Shown: positions 12,942 to 25,125, numbered from the stretch's first letter. The stretch is DNA of 64,000 nucleotides from Octopus bimaculoides (GCF_001194135.2 NC_068982.1:91383681-91447680), one strand, 5' to 3'. The notes: generated by a model from the letters alone, not told the origin. Translations and numbers: made by a program.

Positions 12942-15900
12942 TTTTAATAATACACAAGAATTTAAAGAAAAAGAATCCTTAAAGATAATTTATAATGCAT
13001 GAACTTTCTTCTTAATATCTTTTTTTAATAAATATACCTGTTTGAAAATTTGTTAACAATACATTCATTGTGTAAGTGTTCAAAAGTCTAAAACCTTATT
13101 TTGAAAACAGTTGTCATTGCTAATCATATTTATTGGCGAAAATATCATTTGATATTGTCATCTAAAGAGAGAGTGGATTGGCTTAGTTAGGTTTACAATT
13201 GTATGTCAGTATTGCTTCATTTCAGCTCTGGCTTAATCACTATTTTGACTTCAATTTTCTTCGCATCCATCAGAGCATGAAGCACTCCTCATGAATACAG
13301 GTTCATGAGATGGTTGTGTATTTGTAAAGTTTCAAGTAGGAACTGGAAAGAGAAGTATAAACATGCAATGCGCATGTGCACAGTGAATTTGTAAAACAGA
13401 AAAGAATAAAAATGCAGTATCAGACAAGTTATATGATGGTTTGCATGTCACGTCTGACACCACTATCACACAGCTTTGCTGCAGTTTTCTTGTTTAACAT
13501 ATTCTTGGCTGCTTTCTTTTGACAATCTGTTTTCTCACAGCACATTATTGTAGATGTAGTTAAACGGTTGTGTTTTTCATTACTACCATTTCTCTGAGAT
13601 TTAATTCTCAATTGCTCCATCTGTTTAAATGTGAATAGGTACCACAAGGAAGCATGGTAACTTTACAGTGTAACACTCATTAGTTTATGGTGTTTAACAC
13701 AAATTCCAACATTATCCCAGAAAGACTGAAAACGTAGTGTCTGCCTTGAAATTAGGTCTGTTACAGGGCTTAGGAAAAAAAGGACTACTGCAATAAGTAT
13801 GTGAATCTGAGAGGGGAATATGTTGAATAAAATCATAATTACCTGGTCCTCCTGTATTTTGTTTTTCCCAAAGCCTTTTCAGCACCCACTCATATGTAAC
13901 TGACTTTTATGTTATGTCCCTACCAGTGAGGTTATCCTTCTTTTTGCTCATAATACTTTCATTTCCAGTATTTCTGACTAGGTTAGGTCATCATCATCAT
14001 CTAGTGTTTTAAATCCGGGTTTTGTCCCTGTTAACGAGGGTGGCTGGATCTGCCTCATGCCATAGCAACTGCCCTCACACCATCTTACAAGCTTGCCCGG
14101 TTTTGGGTGTTTTCCTTTTTCAAACCAACCCTGCCAATCTCCTCCTCCACCTGTCCCCTCCACTTTTTCCTCGGTCTACCTCACATTTGCGCTCCACTTA
14201 CCTCAAATGCAATCATCCTCCTCAACACATGCCCATACCACCTCACTCCATTCGCCCTTGCCAACCATTCCACCGATTCCTCCAACCCCAGCATTCCCAT
14301 CAAATCCTCAGTTCTCTTATCAAACAGCTTCACCCCACACATTTCTCTCACCATTGCTCTTTCAGTTCTTCTCAAAATACCATCTCTCTTTCCCTCAGAC
14401 ACCATGTCTCACTCTCATACAGCATTGCAGCTCTCACACAACTCTTATAGACCCTTCCTTTCATCTTTAATGAGAACCTTTTCCCATATAACAATGCTCC
14501 ACATTCCCTGAACTTCACCCAGCCAAGTCTTGCTCTTGCTGTCATAGCTGCTTCACATCCACCCAATCTCCCAAATAACAAAACCTTTTCACCATTTCCA
14601 CTGATTCCGCCAGCCCTCCAGCTCCATTCTCACATCTTCCACAAACAAACTCTCTCACCAGTCTTGGGTCACCTTCATTTTTGTACATCTACCTTGAATC
14701 CATTTCTCACATCTCATACACAACACTGCATTTGTCATTACCCTTCTCCCACATACACCACATGGATCCACCTTATTAACACTTCTTCCACCCCGTTCAC
14801 CATCACCTTTATCTTCCTGAGGTTTACCTTCAAACGCGTCCTTCCATTTCCAAAACTTCTCCCTCAATCCCTCCATCATTTCACTCATCAGAATAAGTTC
14901 ATCTGCATACAGTATCTCCATTATCAATCCCTCTTTTGCACTCTCCTTCACCACATCAGCCACTATTGCAAACAACAACAGTTACAACACAGATCCCGGA
15001 TGCACACCAACTTTCACTGCAAACTCCTCCAACAACTCTGATCCAATTCTAACTCTCATCTTTACCCCTTCATACAAAGTCATCACTGCCTTCACTATTA
15101 CCTCCAGTACACCTCTCTTCCTGAATGCCCACTCAATCACCTTCCTTGGAACCCTATCAAATGCCTTCTCCAGATCAACGAAGCAGATGTACAACTCCTT
15201 CTCCTTATCTCTGTATTCCTCTTGCAATCTCCTTACAATTAACACTGCATCTATTGTCCCCCTACCTAGCATAAAACCAAATTACATCTCATCCTCCCAC
15301 TTCTGAATTCTCCCTTTCCACTATCTTCATTGCATGCTCCAATAACTTCTCTCCCCTATACACCCTGCAACTCATCACATCCCCCTTCCCCTTGAAGATC
15401 AGTACCACTACACTTAGTTCCCAATCATTTGGCATTCCCTGGCAGAGCTCCAGCATCACAACAATCCCTATCTCTCCTCTTGCAGTTGTCATTTCCACAC
15501 TTATATAGTCATTGTTTATTTCACAGATTAATCCATTTTCATTTTCAATTCCAGCTGAAAAACAGAAATGTGCAGATAACTATACAAAGGGTATTGATGG
15601 AAGTAAGAAGGAAGTTGATCTTGTGAGTGTCTGTTCATTGATTCCTTGCTATAAATATATCTTATTTTGTACTTCTATTTCTTGGTTGCTTGGAGAGAGA
15701 GCCAATTCTAATGAACCTCACATGTCAGCATGGATATGTGTGTGTGCGTGCGTGCATGCGTGCGTGTGTGTGTGTGTGTGTGTGTGATATTATATTATAT
15801 TATATTTATCTTATGATATTTACTTTACTTTATATTATACTCATTTATTGTGCTTTTAATTATTAATTTTTCTATATGTGATAGTGGATTTTCATCGATG

Positions 15901-18900
15901 AGTTCTTGAAAATTGGTTATTTTCCCTAAAACTATATATATTTTATATATACTTTATCTATAAGGCTCAATTTAATTTTTATTTTTTATAAATTGATTTT
16001 ANNNNNNNNNNNNNNNNNNNNNNNNNNNNNNNNNNNNNNNNNNNNNNNNNNNNNNNNNNNNNNNNNNNNNNNNNNNNNNNNNNNNNNNNNNNNNNNNNNN
16101 NNNNNNNNNNNNNNNNNNNNNNNNNNNNNNNNNNNNNNNNNNNNNNNNNNNNNNNNNNNNNNNNNNNNNNNNNNNNNNNNNNNNNNNNNNNNNNNNNNNN
16201 NNNNNNNNNNNNNNNNNNNNNNNNNNNNNNNNNNNNNNNNNNNNNNNNNNNNNNNNNNNNNNNNNATAGTTAACACCATAATAATTTTACAAACTTCATA
16301 TCCAAAAGGGATTTTCAACAAAATATTTACATGCTGTTTATAGCTTCATGTGTGCTTCTATACAAAAGTTGCTTTCATGTTTCCAAGTCTGGATACTGTT
16401 GGGATCAATATTGACTTGTTTGATCCCTGATTGAGCATATCTATAATTAGTTGTTCCAGACATGACTATCATTATTTCACATTGTTTTTTTTTGTTTTTT
16501 TTTGTGGGTGTGGTTATTGCTGCTTAATAGGCTTAAGGAAGTCTGTCCTTATTTATCATATTACACACTAAATTTCCACACCTAATTACATTTCTAAGGT
16601 AACAAAAGCTATCAAATACTTCTAGTGAGCTATCCAGGTATTTAAGAGAATCTATATCCAGTATTTTCATAGTACATATTGCTCCAATGCATCTGTCACA
16701 TACATACATGTAAGGCATACTTTGTCTGTTAGTCTGTGTGTCCATAACTTACATATTGGGTACAGCTTATGAAGTTTATTCCTTTTCTGCATTTCAAGCA
16801 AGGCCATTTCCCTGAAGATTCCAGTACTCTGTCTTTCTTTGCTTAGTTTACCTTAAGACCTCTTAAGTCTAAGTTTAACTTACATGTATTGAATTATATG
16901 CACAGGTAGATAATTTCTGAAAATTCAGACATTGGCTATTTTTGTTACATTTGTCTTTTACAGCCATAGTCATGAAGTAGAACTGAACAGTGTTTTCAAT
17001 TAATTATCTGTGTAAATTGTATTTATGCCCTGACACAATAGACCAAAGCTAGGTTTCAGCTTCTATACTCCAGTGTTTTAATCTTTCGAACCTGTAGATA
17101 TCTTCATTGGAAGTAAACTACAAAGCCTGTTGATATTCCATTGATATTTGTTATTCACATTCCTGTACATTATATTGATAATTTTGATTGTATTGCAATC
17201 TTTTCAGATCCAAGATGAATTGCAGACAGTTCAAAAAGCTTACTCAGATTTACACCGACGTTTTGAAAAAGCAAAGACAATAATAGAAAGCTTGAAAAAG
17301 GTCAGTGATTTTTAAAAGGGTTCATTTGTATTTCCTCTCCCCCAACAATTTAACTGTATTATAATTAATTGTCACTGAATGTTTCTTTAATTTTTTTTTA
17401 TTAGAATGAAGAAATGTTAAAGAACCATGTTAAGGATATGGTAGCAAAAATAAAAGAAGGAAAAGTGGCACTTGTCACACTGAAGAAAGAAAGTCAAGAA
17501 ACTCAAGCTAAGTAAGTTATTAATCCGATAGCCACTACTGTCTCTGGTTGTATGTGTTTTTATATTTTGATGTAGGTTCACTCCCTGTTTTCCTCAGACA
17601 ATTCCAAAAGTTGACTCATTTAATGTCAAAATAGGTTTTTACAGAAAAAATAATGCTTAAATATAATGAAGTTGACTTTTATTTATGCTGGACAGTATAA
17701 TGCTTACTTTTCCTGTATAAATTTACTAAAACTGTTAAATGGTTAACTATTTTTTGAAGTCTGACATTCATGCTGGTAAACACGGTCTGGGCTATATTTT
17801 ACATTGCTTGGAGTTTGCTTAACATTTTATTAAGTGTGAAAGGGATTAAAATTTCGACACTCCGTATCAAAGATTCCGACAAGAGGGCATGGTGGGGTAT
17901 AAAGGAAGGGTACACTTCTGACAATATATTCCAGGAAAGCCCCCGAAATGGATCAAAGTTTGGAAAATTTGCAAAACAAATACTCTGTACTGCAGTGGGT
18001 TTAGTTTTTATACTGACAAAAGAGACAATGTTAGTCAGCCTAGAGTACAATGTGGTCTGGAATTTATTACATCCCTACCATGACCATGACTGTATAATAT
18101 TTCTTGACCTTTTTGTAGTTTGGTCAAACTTGAGGTGGATTTAGAAGCTCTGACAACGTATACGTGTGCTACAGTAATTGCTAGTGGAAAAGAGCTGCTG
18201 TTGGATATAAAGAAAAAGCAAAGTTTAAAAAAAAAAAGAGGTGAAATAATCCAACGGCAGAAAGGAAATCTGCTAGCAGATAAATTTTTTATCTACTGGT
18301 GCACAACCATGTGTAGATGAAAATATTGTTTATATGTATGATTAGATTGTATAAATATTTTTCATTTTTACTTATTTACGTGTAATTTTAATTTGCCTAT
18401 AAGGTGAGTGACAAGTTTTGATTTAATTTATATTGTAAATTTTTCTCATATATGCGCTTGTGTATTCATGTATGTGTGTGAGTTTTTCATTTAGTTAACG
18501 TAGTTAATTTTCTAGTTTTCTTCAAAAACTACCTTCACCTTTTCTTATGTGCATTAAATTCAACTGATAATCTAGTGATGTGCACGATTTTGATGAGCTA
18601 TCTGAGTACTCTAGACATTATTCATCCAACTAGTTTCATATATTTGATGCATTTATAATCCCATATTGTTCTGTACCTGTTATTTGCACTGAGTGTATTG
18701 TGTTCTTGCTTACCTCCTACATATTGGTTTCAAATTTTGGCATTTGAACTCAGAACATAAAGACTGAAATGCTGCTAAGCATTCTCTTCAATGCAGTAAT
18801 GATTCTGCCAGCTTGCTGCTTTAGGTTACATCCTATATATTGAGCAGGAGTACCTTCTGCATGACAACTGGGTTTTCTGTACTCCATTTGATAACTCATG

Positions 18901-20120
18901 TAACTCAGCACATTCTGTAATAAAAACCAATTATTGCAAATAGTCTCTCGGGGACAGCCAGTCTTAGGTTTCCATGTTATTGGGTTGAATAAATTGTGGT
19001 ATGATTCAGTTTTTATTTGGAGTGACTGCATGGGTTAGGAGTCACACTCATATGCACCATTTTTGGCATGATTTGGTGCCCTTCCCAACACCAACCACTC
19101 TGTGGAGTACTTGCTACATTTTGTGATTACAGCAATAGAGAAATTGTCGTGTCTTCTCTACTCTGTTGTCTGTTTACCAATCACTTTGAGTATACTGGCT
19201 GCATTTATCATTACACTTGAGAGATTGAAAGTCATTGGGAGTAATTTTAGTGAAGACTAAGTGGTAGAGAACAAGGCAATGTCTTCATACCTTGTTTTAA
19301 CATGGGGATTAAGTAAGAGATTTTTTTTTTTTTACCTGATCCTGATTGATAAATATAAAACGTATGTTTGGTTATTACATATGTTTTTCCAAACTAGCAT
19401 GGTCTAGACGAATACATATTGTTGAAACATTGTTTTACAGCCAGATGGCCTTCCATCCTCTAAACCTTGTTTTCAAGTAGAACAGTTTTCACTCCACTCA
19501 ACTTAGAAAGCACAGAACAACTGGTTAATTTGTTGGCAGGGAAATAAGAGTAGAAGATACTTGCCTAAAGTGCTGTGTTGTGTTTGCTTTACACACTTAA
19601 AGAATAAATGCTTAAAAGAAACTGATTCAAATTTTTTTTTTGTATTTTTACTTTTCAGCCTTGAAAAGGAAGTAGCAGCTTTGAAGAAGAAATTGACAAT
19701 TGATACCTCATGCCTTGAAGCTTCAAGTAAACGCAAAGATATGAAAATTGCTGAACTACAAAATGAGCTTGAATTAAAGGTAAGTGTTAAGTTATTGCAC
19801 CTTACCATGTACATCAGTTAGGCTGTTGAAGATGCCTCTATGCAACCCATAATTTTGTATTATGTTATAAGGGCATAAATTTGTAAAGGAAGTTAGATGC
19901 AGTTGATTAAATCAATACCAGTTTTTGTCTGATTCTTATTTTCTAAACTTGAGAGAACAAAGGAACTTAAAAGTACTACTATGTAACCCCAACTTTTCTA
20001 TCCAATATTGTTTATTACTAAAAAAATTTTTTTTATTTTTCCTACTTTCAGAAAAATCAAATAAAAGAACTCACGAAAATATGTGATGATTTGATGGAGA
20101 AAGTAGGAGATGGTCATTGA
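2..20120 (+). CDS. TACC: TACC-family protein gene (5'-partial, 13 exons in window)
   Basis: Hand-spliced exons join in frame with GT-AG sites. They give the TACC-conserved motif RESLYVKFDPLL and a C-terminal TACC coiled coil (YSDLHRRFEKAKTIIESLKKNEEMLK...ELTKICDDLMEKV). Confidence 0.92.
1427..1991. repeat. ~72-bp tandem array (7 direct units) followed by ~1.2 inverted units
   Basis: Units start at 1427, 1483, 1556, 1628, 1697, 1769 and 1841; consensus GGTGAGTTAGGGATCTGCTTCTTACATTGGAAAGGATCAGTCTTGTGAAGGATCTTTTTCTCTTGTTGAGCT. 1905-1991 is the reverse complement. Confidence 0.92.
2976..3028 (+). CDS. TACC: TACC exon (GFICDDDDWELLNCDKTV)
   Basis: tttgtag| acceptor, |gtaagt donor; phase 1 to 0. 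Confidence 0.8.
3700..4032 (-). mobile_element. Degenerate tRNA-derived SINE
   Basis: The right end reads on - as a tRNA-like head (catggcgcaatggttagagcattggg...gtgaatttgattcc), followed by a central domain similar to 62700-62790. Confidence 0.55.
4996..5340 (+). mobile_element. tRNA-derived SINE, family A (5'-eroded)
   Basis: gcttgcttcccaac...ggttcagtcc...gtggcaccttgggcaagtgtct...ggaaactgaaagaagcc...ggtgctccagcatggctgcag...gaaacaaaag; shared with copies near 24.5k, 25.1k, 39.7k, 43.9k, 45.5k and 56.7k. Confidence 0.75.
5727..5814 (+). CDS. TACC: TACC exon with Aurora-A/clathrin motif (MNASRLCRESLYVKFDPLLGLNNTIDFDI)
   Basis: tttccag| acceptor, |gtaagt donor; phase 0 to 1; SLYxKFDPLL signature. 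Confidence 0.93.
6633..6681 (+). CDS. TACC: TACC exon (NKTKNVSKQPALEKIK)
   Basis: gtttttag| acceptor, |gtaagc donor; phase 1 to 2. Confidence 0.8.
6701..6774. repeat. (TC)n microsatellite
   Basis: Direct reading of sequence. Confidence 0.97.
6821..7037 (-). mobile_element. piggyBac-like MITE family (TIR ~CYCTTTAGCATT, TTAA ends)
   Basis: Ends ctttagcatt...aatgctaaagagttaa; the same internal sequence recurs at 22298-22522, 23037-23435 and 58905-59330. Confidence 0.7.
7825..8196 (-). mobile_element. Young tRNA-derived SINE, family C, with 12-bp TSD
   Basis: TSD gcctgcatcaat at 7813-7824 and 8197-8208. Head on - reads tggaggtgcaatggcccagtggttagggcagcggactcgcgg...ggtttcgattccc (A and B boxes); CpGs are intact. 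Confidence 0.88.
8389..8533 (+). CDS. TACC: TACC exon (SPPKSPDLIMMDSPTRKSMYQK...SPANNN)
   Basis: ttccag| acceptor, |gtaaga donor; phase 2 to 0; SP-rich. Confidence 0.85.
8637..8864. mobile_element. hAT (Charlie-type) MITE
   Basis: TIRs (c/t)rGTGGTTCTCAAC / GTTGAGAAACACTG; 8-bp TSD ATTTAGAT at 8629-8636 and 8865-8872, similar to the NTCTAGAN Charlie preference. A related right end is at ~3620-3653. Confidence 0.85.
9270..9329 (+). CDS. TACC: TACC exon (PDAVFFGTPLPQKKNSEIVQ)
   Basis: ccttttag| acceptor, |gtgaga donor; 60 nt, phase 0 to 0. Confidence 0.78.
9569..9900 (+). mobile_element. Family-A-headed SINE with RTE-like 3' tail (degenerate)
   Basis: taggtgcagg head, ggaaactgaaagaagccc core, then gggcatccgaccattgaaaatctgcc...catgggaaagtgaac...gatga tail. 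Confidence 0.6.
11015..11247 (+). CDS. TACC: TACC exon, start of coiled coil (VLKYTEEDWLKMKQ...EKLTEM)
   Basis: aatag| acceptor, |gtaagt donor; phase 0 to 2; LKY-x-x-x-D resembles the TACC-domain lead-in. Confidence 0.88.
12235..12410 (-). mobile_element. tRNA-derived SINE, family B, with 15-bp TSD
   Basis: TSD ttgactgaaatattg at 12220-12234 and 12411-12425; head on - is aaggtggtgagttggcagaattgttagcatg. Confidence 0.82.
12806..12849 (+). CDS. TACC: TACC exon (KKVLDEYTILIDHLA)
   Basis: ttctcaag| acceptor, |gtatgt donor; phase 2 to 1. Confidence 0.85.
13988..15480 (-). mobile_element. RTE-clade LINE, 5'-truncated and frameshifted (RT domain plus 3' end)
   Basis: Minus-strand ORF pieces LGRGTIDAVLIVRRLQE...FVDLEKAFDRVPR...VGVHPGSVL, LYADELIL, WYGHVLR; (GAT)n tail at ~13988-14000. 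Confidence 0.92.
15555..15622 (+). CDS. TACC: TACC exon (AEKQKCADNYTKGIDGSKKEVDL)
   Basis: ttccag| acceptor, |gtgagt donor; phase 1 to 0. Confidence 0.85.
16002..16265. other. Assembly gap (other gaps: 21123-21754, 36354-36482, 43038-43797, 45774-45783, 48362-49100, 55402-55411, 59995-60327)
   Basis: Runs of N. Confidence 0.99.
17208..17300 (+). CDS. TACC: TACC domain exon (IQDELQTVQKAYSDLHRRFEKAKTIIESLKK)
   Basis: ttttcag| acceptor, |gtcagt donor; 93 nt; core TACC-domain SDLxxRFEK motif. Confidence 0.93.
17405..17511 (+). CDS. TACC: TACC domain exon (NEEMLKNHVKDMVAKIKEGK...ETQA)
   Basis: ttattag| acceptor, |gtaagt donor; phase 0 to 2. Confidence 0.9.
19659..19779 (+). CDS. TACC: TACC domain exon (LEKEVAALKKKL...ELQNELELK)
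   Basis: ttttcag| acceptor, |gtaagt donor; phase 2 to 0. Confidence 0.9.
20052..20120 (+). CDS. TACC: TACC last coding exon (KNQIKELTKICDDLMEKVGDGH*)
   Basis: ctttcag| acceptor; ELTxICDDL is the canonical TACC C-terminus; TGA at 20118-20120. Confidence 0.93.
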   Translation, partial: KNQIKELTKICDDLMEKVGDGH

Positions 20121-20371
20121 TGAAAACTTTGTTTTTATTTTCCATAACTGGATTTTTATGTTTTATATATTATGTACATTTTATATAAAATGTTATAAAA
20201 AATTGTCAGTGTTACTGGCAATTATCATCTTTACATATGAATGTGTATATATATATATATATATGTGAAATGTGTATGTGTGCATGCTTGCAATTATGCC
20301 TGGACTAATTTATCAAATATTTCCCTTGTGTGCAAAGATGAGGGGAGTCCTTTTCTATTTTAATGTAAATG

Positions 20372-20381
20372 AATAAATAAA
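20372..20381 (+). terminator. Candidate polyadenylation signal(s) of TACC
   Basis: Overlapping AATAAATAAA about 250 nt after the stop, followed by a T-rich tract. Confidence 0.55.
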
Positions 20382-21041
20382 CCTGATCAAACTTAGTTGT
20401 TTTTTTAGCTTCATGAGATAAATGTGATATGATTGTGTATGGTGACAGTTGTAATTCTTCAAGCATCAACCATTTTATTCTTTTAAATTCATGTTCATAT
20501 GCATTTCGTAAAAATAAAATGATTCATTTTTTATTTGAAATTCTTTTTCTTTTTTTGTGTGTGTGTGTTGAAATGTATAGATGAAATGGAGGTGATTATA
20601 CTAAACTTTACTATGGATTATATCCATCCAAGTATACTTTTTTTTGTTTTTTTTGTTAGCATTTATTTTTAATGAACTAGAATTAAAAAAAAAAACAACT
20701 CATTATTAATTATCTGTTAAATATAATTGACATATACCCAGGTAAACTGAGTAATCCATATTAAGATTTCTGCCCTGTAATGTTGATAGAATGTCTTAGC
20801 TTGTATAAGTGTCATTGTGGAACCAATTCTGATAATGAAGATGGATTGACTAGTGTCAACCAAGATATGCATAGCCACACTCTCACATTATTGAACTAAA
20901 GAAATATAGATTATAAAAACACCTGCTATCTGATTTAGCATTCATTTTATCTATTTATCTAGTTCTTCCTTGCTATTCTTGTTTAGACAAGAAATGGGCT
21001 TGGCTGAAAAATAGATGATATATACTGGTTGCAGTTATGAA

Positions 21042-21854
21042 TTAAGGTTCCTTTGACATATGAAATTTGAAGTAAGACAAATTGTGGTCATCCATACATG
21101 CAGACTTGTCCTTTACAGGTGCNNNNNNNNNNNNNNNNNNNNNNNNNNNNNNNNNNNNNNNNNNNNNNNNNNNNNNNNNNNNNNNNNNNNNNNNNNNNNN
21201 NNNNNNNNNNNNNNNNNNNNNNNNNNNNNNNNNNNNNNNNNNNNNNNNNNNNNNNNNNNNNNNNNNNNNNNNNNNNNNNNNNNNNNNNNNNNNNNNNNNN
21301 NNNNNNNNNNNNNNNNNNNNNNNNNNNNNNNNNNNNNNNNNNNNNNNNNNNNNNNNNNNNNNNNNNNNNNNNNNNNNNNNNNNNNNNNNNNNNNNNNNNN
21401 NNNNNNNNNNNNNNNNNNNNNNNNNNNNNNNNNNNNNNNNNNNNNNNNNNNNNNNNNNNNNNNNNNNNNNNNNNNNNNNNNNNNNNNNNNNNNNNNNNNN
21501 NNNNNNNNNNNNNNNNNNNNNNNNNNNNNNNNNNNNNNNNNNNNNNNNNNNNNNNNNNNNNNNNNNNNNNNNNNNNNNNNNNNNNNNNNNNNNNNNNNNN
21601 NNNNNNNNNNNNNNNNNNNNNNNNNNNNNNNNNNNNNNNNNNNNNNNNNNNNNNNNNNNNNNNNNNNNNNNNNNNNNNNNNNNNNNNNNNNNNNNNNNNN
21701 NNNNNNNNNNNNNNNNNNNNNNNNNNNNNNNNNNNNNNNNNNNNNNNNNNNNNNAAATCTGTATTGAATCGGTGATCCCAAATGGCACCAAAATGTCTTC
21801 TAATACTCTTTGGTGATAAATTTTGCTTTTCATCCTTTTGTGAGGGTCAGTCAA
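21042..21854 (-). mobile_element. Possible Tc1/mariner transposase remnant spanning a gap
   Basis: Minus-strand peptides KIYHQRVLEDILVPFG and VKDKSACMDDHNLSYFK resemble the Y-Q-VLE--L-P and DKAC---H-NL--LK segments of IS630/Tc1/mariner transposases; most of the region is N. Confidence 0.4.
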
Positions 21855-22297
21855 GTACTGGGGAACTATTCCCTTCCTCCAATTTCAGGCCTTGTGCCTT
21901 TAGAGGTGGTGGTGAGATAAGCTTGTTTTTTAGTACACATTTCTGTGACTTGACTATCTCCAGGTCAGCCCTGATTAAACTGGCTTCTAGTGTTCTGTTT
22001 AGTATTTTTTTACTAAATATATTTAGAACTAAAATTATCCAACACATCCTTTTTGAAATGTGATAGGATATGGTTCGAAGGACATTTCCTTGTTTCTAGT
22101 GTAGATGTTCTTTTCTTAGTTCATTGTGATCTAGTTTCAGCTAATTGTGTAGTCTTTACATTTTCTCTTCTTTGTGGCAAAGACATAGCCATTAACTTAG
22201 CTGATGACTAATTTATACTCTTTCTCTGGATAATTAGTAAACTAAGTAAAATTACCATAATAATTTGGTAAAATGTGATACATGTTTATCATCATTG

Positions 22298-22522
22298 TTT
22301 AACCATATAGCATTCAGATTGCTCTTATAAATGCAGTGCTTATTTATTCACAGTGTTTTGAATTGATCATGTATTGTTTCATAGCTTTGAGATTTTGGTG
22401 ATGTTATTATCTGTGTTTGGAATGACATTGTGGCATATGTGTGAGAGGCCAAATCTGGCCAGTTTGAATATAAAACAGGAAGAATATTTGAGCCAGATGT
22501 GGCCTGATTAAATGCTAAAGGA
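22298..22522 (-). mobile_element. piggyBac-like MITE copy
   Basis: tttaaccatatagcattcaga ... gattaaatgctaaagg; same body as 6821-7037. Confidence 0.65.
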
Positions 22523-23036
22523 TCAACATCTGCTTTGCATGGGCTGGACAGTTTGACAAGACCCTGTGAGCTGCAGGGCAATGTTGAGCACCAGTGTTAG
22601 CATGGGCATGGTTTCTATGGCTGGATGCCCTTAATGCTAACCACTTTACAGTGTGTACTGGGCACCTTTTTTTTTTTGTGTCACTGGCACAAGTGAGGTT
22701 AGTGAGTAACTTGCAAAACTAAAAAAAGAGTAAGAAAAGTGAAAAAAAACCCTCAACTAAGTGGGGGGGGGGGGTATTTCAGAGGCAAGGAAGGTGGTTT
22801 CATGCTAGTTATTGAGAGGCTAAAGAATGATAGACCCAGTTGTTGTGATTTAGAAGAGATATATGGCTACTCTGCATTATGTAAGGATAGGAGTAGCTGG
22901 AAAGAAAATAGAGATGGTGGTGATGAGATGCCAAGGTATCTCAATATACAAGAAGCTGAGTATAAGAGAGAACGGTGGATCGGGGATGGGTAGAGAGGGG
23001 TAGTTTCATAAGATTGTGAGGGGGAAAAACCCTTCT

Positions 23037-23435
23037 TTAACTCTTTGGCATTTAAACTAGCCAATTCCAGCCCAAATATTCTACTTATTTATCTTCAGAC
23101 TGGCTCTCTCACACCTAACCCACTATGTCAAACAAACATATCATCAGAATCTCAAAGCTGCAAGATAATCATCATCATCATCGTTTAACATCTGCTTTTC
23201 ATGCTAGCATGGGTTGGACGATTTGACTGAGGACTGGCAAGCCAGATGGCTGCACCAGGCTCCAATCTGATCTGACAAAGTTTCTACAGCTGGATGCCCT
23301 TCCTAACGCCAACCACTCTGAGAGTGTAGTGGGTGCTTTTACGGGCCAGTCACACGGTACTGGCAATGGTCACGACAAAACAATGTGAATAAAAAAGCTT
23401 TACATTAGACAATAATTTGAATGCTAAAGGGTTAA
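23037..23435 (+). mobile_element. piggyBac-like MITE interrupted by an RTE 3'-end insertion (~23169-23378)
   Basis: ttaactctttggcattt ... gaatgctaaagggttaa ends; the insert is catcatcatcatcgtttaac...ctggatgcccttcctaacgccaacc. Confidence 0.75.
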
Positions 23436-23959
23436 GAATGCTGCTTGGTTTACCTGTACCCACTGATTTGCAGTTTATTTACAGGAGAATATATTTATCA
23501 TCATCTTTGTTTTAACAATCTACTTCAACATACTTGCATAGATTAGATGAGAGTGTGTTGGGGCAGGGTTTTTCTACAGCTTGATGCATTTCCTGTTGCC
23601 AACCCCTAATAATCTCCTGGTCTGTTGAACCACAAACAACCCAGACATGTTTATGTGGAGAATTGGGAATCAATGACACTGTACGAACAAGCTTTTAGCT
23701 TAGAAAGATACATCTTACCTTTTCCTTGTTTCACTCCACCAATTAAGGCCATACTGGGACACTACTTTGAAGAATTTTAGTTAAATTAATCAATCCCAGT
23801 ACTTTTTCAATTTTTATGCCTGGTACTTAGTCTATCTCTCTTGCTGAACCACTAAGCTACATGGATTTAAACACACTAACATCAGTTGTCAGGTGGTGGT
23901 GGGGAACAGATACAAATACACAGACACACACACATAGATAAATAGTGTGTGTGTCTGTG

Positions 23960-24368
23960 TATTTGTACACACCGCATGACTGGCACCTATGCCAGTGGCA
24001 TGTTAAAAGCACCATCCGAGTGTGATCATTGCCAGGGCTGCTAACTGGCTCCCGTACCGGTGGCACATAAAAAGCACCATTCAAGCATGATCGTTACCAG
24101 CGTCACCTTACTAGTACTTGTGCAGGTGGCACATAAAAACACCATTTGAACATGGCCATCGCCAGTACTGCCTGACTGGCCTTCATGCTGATGGCATGTA
24201 AAAGCACCCACTGCTCTCTCGGAGTGGTTGGCATTAGGAAGGGCATCCAGCTGTAGAAACTCTGCCAGATCAGATTGGAGCCTGGTGCAGCCGTCTGGCT
24301 CACCAGTCCTCAGTCAAACCGTCCAACCCATGCCAGCATGGAAAGCAGACGTTAAACGATGATGATGA
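23960..24368 (+). mobile_element. RTE LINE 3' UTR fragment
   Basis: Repeated gcac...ggcac units, ggcattaggaagggcatccagctgtag, ending catggaaagcagacgttaaacgatgatgatgat. Confidence 0.85.
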
Positions 24369-25125
24369 TTTTAGCTGTCATTGAGTTTATAAATTGGTTT
24401 CTGTAAATACATTAGACAATCATAAATGTGTCTGTTTATACAACCTTGCTACAGACAGAAAAACACTGCTAGCATATAACAGGTTTTGTTGTTTGGTTAA
24501 GTTTGCTTCCCAACCACATAGTTTCTGGTTCAGTTCTGCTGCATGTTACCTTGGGCAAGTGTCTTCTACTATAGCCCTGGACAGACCAAGTTGTGAGTGC
24601 ATTTAATAGCTATATATTGAAAGCAGCCTGTTATTTTTGTATCTTTCTCTCTCTCTATCTCTCTCTCTCTCTCTCTTTTTGCCTTCACATTGCACAATTG
24701 TTGTAAGAAAGTATTACTGTTGTACAAGTGATGTCCTTCCTTTCCAGTCTCTAGTGAAAACATGTCCAGCCATAAGGAAGTATTGCCTTGCTTAGAAACA
24801 AGTGAGGATTAGCGACAGAAAGAGTGTCCAGCCATAGAAAATCTGCAAGCATGGTAAAGTGGATGTTTATGGTGAACAGCTAAATGTGTATCAAATATTC
24901 AAATCAGTCTACCTGACTTAGTTATAAGCTTAATAGTTGGTTTTAAATACAATTCCTCTATGGCAGTTATGGTAAGGTAAGCAAAAGCCAATAAATGATC
25001 ATCCAGTCAATTCCATTTTTTTGCTGTCACATTCATGACTATCGCTGTGTTTCCTACTCATTTTGTCCCATGCCCCAACAGCTTGATTTTCCAAAAGAAC
25101 ATGTTCACCACTATAAATAGATAAT

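Noticed and set aside
13367-13378. NRF1-like TGCGCATGTGCA in a TACC intron
   Set aside because: Isolated motif with no CpG-rich context or other support.
15986-16343. Long ORFs in the track containing X runs (also at 21.0-21.9k, 36.2-36.8k, 42.8-44.0k, 48.3-49.3k and 59.7-60.4k)
   Set aside because: Artefacts of N gaps, which cannot encode stops; only the flanking real residues were used as evidence.
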